Assembly: GCA_964106915.2 (NCBI GenBank)
Contig: OZ066923.1
Length of the DNA: 64,000 nucleotides
Source of the DNA: Podarcis gaigeae
Lineage: Eukaryota
Strand: one strand, 5' to 3'
Of this stretch, positions 60,721 through 64,000 are shown one piece after another. Every line of letters starts with the position of its first letter. The first letter of the stretch is position 1. The notes beneath the pieces are model-generated. The model searched no databases. It was given only the letters and a program-made list of their open reading frames with translations, and was not told the DNA's origin. Made by a program: the position numbers and the translations under genes.

Positions 60721-60870
60721 CAGTCTACTATTGTTCCCGTGGTAATAAATCGTATTTTCATAGGCATGGAGAACAATCGATATACTCAAGCTGCTCTCAT
60801 TGATCTGAAGAAGACCCTTGGTCTAACAAATCACCAATTATGGCTATTTAAAGCAGATTCAATGGTTTTA
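60721..60870 (+). mobile_element. Ancient LINE (CR1/L2/Crack-like) RT fossil
   Basis: STIVPVVINRIFIGMENNRYTQAALIDLKKTLGLTNHQLWLFKA resembles the RT motif ST..A...N.I...M....YT.A.FIDL.KAFD.VNH..LL.KL. Confidence 0.5.
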
Positions 60871-61687
60871 GGCAGACCTGCAAGGACACAGAGTTGTGTG
60901 GTCAGTATCCTGTGCATCCTAGTTATGCTTTGCATAATGGTGTTAAAGGAGAGGTGAAACAGTTGGCAGAGATGGTATTTATGAACTTCTATTTCACCCT
61001 CAAAGAAGCTCTACCAACATGGCTGCTTTCTCTGCCACATGCAGGCATTTATGCTGTGGTCTACACATAGCAAACAGAGGAGCTTCAGAACCATAGTATG
61101 TATGCCTGACAACTGCAGCTGTTATTTAATTAAAAATAATCTAATTTATATGTTGCTGCGCTGTGCCTTAATATTTCCTACACTGGTTAACGTGATCCTC
61201 CCAGTAAAACATACGTTTCTAATAGTTTACTTTACTCCAAGATAATATGATTGAATCCTATGTTGATATTCCTGCTGCCCAAGTATGTGAATTTCAACAG
61301 GACATAAAAGGAGAAACCTGCAATCTTTTTTTCACCCATCTTATATAGCAATATTATTTTTGGTTGGAGTTTGTTCTTGACACACCCTTGAAGGTTCCTT
61401 TAAAGTGCTTTAAACGAACAGGCTCAATGCCATTCTTAATATTGTCTAGATTGTATCATAGTGAGCTATAGCAATATCTCATTTTGCTAACTTTCCATAG
61501 ATATTAAAAAGGAGGTCCAATCCCACTCATGTTACCTCTGCTAATCTGTTGTTTGGTGCATTGGTTCTAAATGGAAAAACAATACTATTGAACGGATACA
61601 GCACTAGGTTTGCTGCTAAAGAGCTGGCTAACTAAAAAAGAAAAGAAAAAAAAGAATTATTTTGATAGTGCAACAGTTTAGCTAATA

Positions 61688-61929
61688 CAGTGGTACCTCG
61701 GGTTACATACGCTTCAGGTTACATACACTTCAGGTTACAGACTCCACTAACCCAGAAATAGTACCTCAGTTTAAGAACTTTGCTTCAGGATGAGAACAGA
61801 AATCGTGCAACGGCAGCGCAGCAGCAGCAGGAGGCCCCATTAGCTAAAGTGGTGCTTCAGGTTAAGAACAGTTTCAGGTTAAGAACAGACCTCCTGAACG
61901 AATTAAGTACTTAACCCGAGGTACCACTG
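61688..61929. mobile_element. Tc1/mariner (Tigger-like) MITE
   Basis: TIR CAGTGGTACCTCGGGTTA / TAACCCGAGGTACCACTG; TA TSD. Confidence 0.92.
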
Positions 61930-61935
61930 TAACTC

Positions 61936-62299
61936 GGGGACGCAGGTGGCGCTGTGGGTTAAAGCCTCAGCGCCTAGGACTTGCCGATCGAAAGGTCGGC
62001 GGTTCGAATCCCTGCGGCGGGGTGCGCTCCCGCTGCTCGGTCCCAGCGCCTGCCAACCTAGCAGTTCGAAAGCACCTCCGGGTGCAAGTAGATAAATAGG
62101 GACCGCTTACCAGCGGGAAGGTAAACAGCGTTTCCGTGTGCGGCTCTGGCTCGCCAGAGCAGCGATGTCACGCTGGCCACGTGACCCGGAAGTGTCTCTG
62201 GACAGCGCTGGCCCCTGGCCTCTTGAGTGAGATGGGCGCACAACCCCAGAGTCTGTCAAGACTGGCCCGTACGGGCAGGGGTACCTTTACCTTTACCTT
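61936..62299 (+). mobile_element. Full-length Sauria SINE (same subfamily as 37329)
   Basis: TSD TACCACTGTAACTC at 61922-61935 and 62300-62313. Confidence 0.96.
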
Positions 62300-63209
62300 T
62301 ACCACTGTAACTCATTCATTGCTTGACAGTTCAGGATGCTGCTGTAATTCATATTTATTCTAATCTTAGGACTGCATCCAATGAGTATCTCTGTTTTAAG
62401 AGGAAGTGTTTCTTCTGGTCGTTTGAGTCAAGCTACCCAATACTCATCAATCCCACCTACCGACTAAATTACCTAGAGGGACCCCTAACACTTAGGAGCA
62501 GTTTGGGAGGGATGACAGGGGTAATCAGTGAAAACTGAGTGTCCCAACTTGCATGAGCTTAAGTTCTTTTCAGAAAGAACTTAAGTCCTCAACAAGAAAG
62601 GCAAAGCCACAACAGGATGCAACAATTCTCCATATCAGATCCCCTTGATGGTCTTGGTCTGACCCCACGTTGCTGCTTTTCTTGAACTTCTGCTTATATG
62701 CTTCCACCTAACTGACAAAATATAGGAAGCTTCAGCAGTGGAGACAGCCCAATAAATAGTTTTCCACCTCCTTTCTGAGCATATACATCTAACCACAAGC
62801 ATATGCTGTTTTTGGAGAGCAAGAATAGGGAGACAATAGGTTTGTGGGACCTAATTTGATTTATGCTAGAACACTTAAGTTCTAATAACTCGAAGCCAGA
62901 TGCAAACAACTGGCTGGAGGTGGAGCCAGATACAAATGAGTGTCTCAGCTTGCGGAGTCCATTATCTATTGCACCCGATGATCCATACACTGGGATGACC
63001 TGCTTGAACAATACATGTGAATTACTACAAATCTGGGATTCTCATTTGGAATGGGGGTAAGAGCTTAAGAGCCTCACTGGATCATGTCAAAGGTCCATCT
63101 AGCCCCACTTCCTGTTCTCTCCATAGCCAGCAACATGCTCAGAGAAATGCTGCAAGCAGGACCTGACAGCACTCTCCCAACTTGTAATTTTAGTCCAGAG
63201 GCATATATT

Positions 63210-63965
63210 GGGGTAGTTTGTACACCTTTGGTCCCCACCCTGCCCCCACCAGTGGCTTCGGGAAGCTATCAGCATGCAATGGCAGCCACACCCCAAGAAT
63301 GGCTTTGACTGGCTGGCTAAACCAGGTGAGGGTAGCTGATGGGTCTCAAACCCTCAATGAGTTAGAGACTTCCCCTGCGTGTGAAGACAGGCTCCAGCAA
63401 GATTGGGCCAACAAAACCAACAGTGGGTCCAATAGTCAAGAAGGGAGTTTCTCCACATGCTGTAAAGGGAAGCCAGGGACAGATGGGGCTCATTGGCCTG
63501 GGAATGTAGCCCATTTTAGAGAAAGAAAACTCTGATCCTAAACCTCCACTGCCTTGTGGGATATTGTCAGGAAAAGAAAATGCTAAGGCATGGGTAGGCA
63601 AACTAAGGCCCCGGGGCCGGATCTGGCCCAATCGCCTTCTAAATCTGGCCCGTGGACGGTCCAGGAATCAGTGTGTTTTTACATGAGTAGAATGTGCCCT
63701 TTTATTTAAAATGCATCTCTGGGTTATTTGTGGGGCCTGCCTGGTGTTTTTACAGGAGTAGAATGTGTGTTTTTATTTAAAATGCATCTCTGGGTTATTT
63801 GTGGGGCATAGGAATTCGTACACCCCCCCCCAATATAGTCCAGTCCCCCACAAGGTCTGAGGGAAAATGGACCGGCCCCCCGCTGAAAAACTTTGCTGAC
63901 CCCTGTGCTAAGGAGTGAACCCTGCACAAATCCAGAGTGGAATCCCTAAGATAGTTGGATGCAGG
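63210..63965 (+). mobile_element. RTE-related retroelement 5' region interrupted by a hAT MITE
   Basis: GAAAACTCTGATCCTAAACCTCCACTGCCTTG...GCTAAGG|AGTGAACCCT is continuous across the MITE. Confidence 0.5.
63589..63905. mobile_element. hAT (Charlie-like) MITE
   Basis: CATGGGTAGGCAAA / TTTGCTGACCCCTG TIRs; perfect TSD TGCTAAGG; internal ~60-bp duplication. Confidence 0.92.
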
Positions 63966-64000
63966 GGAGTACTAAGGGGTGTGTGGTCTGCCCCAGGTGC

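Overview
Non-coding vertebrate genomic DNA from a squamate, most likely a lacertid lizard (seven Sauria/Squam1 SINEs, Squam3 SINEs, BovB). I found no recognisable cellular protein-coding gene, rRNA, tRNA gene or CRISPR array. The window is a mosaic of transposon relics (Sauria and Squam SINEs; BovB, RTE, L2, CR1 and L1 LINE fragments; Penelope-like elements; hAT and Tc1/Tigger MITEs; Gypsy-like solo LTRs). Between them lie repeat-free, motif-dense blocks that look like conserved developmental enhancers, suggesting a gene desert or large intron. There are two N gaps. Best observations: (1) five, possibly six, diverged solo LTRs share a decayed ~100-aa acidic ORF at the start of U3, with conserved peptide motifs (WW..P, EG-SWE, L-D-SLES, PSPRTRR..V-EQR); (2) a BovB insertion that looks like a twin-primed 5' transduction of ~400 bp of foreign DNA, nested in a Sauria SINE; (3) minimal hammerhead ribozyme cores in two Penelope-like copies; (4) an RTE insertion with a snap-back 5' junction; (5) an unexplained 286-codon ORF in AT-rich DNA. 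Repeat family names come from my recognition of the sequences, not from a database search.
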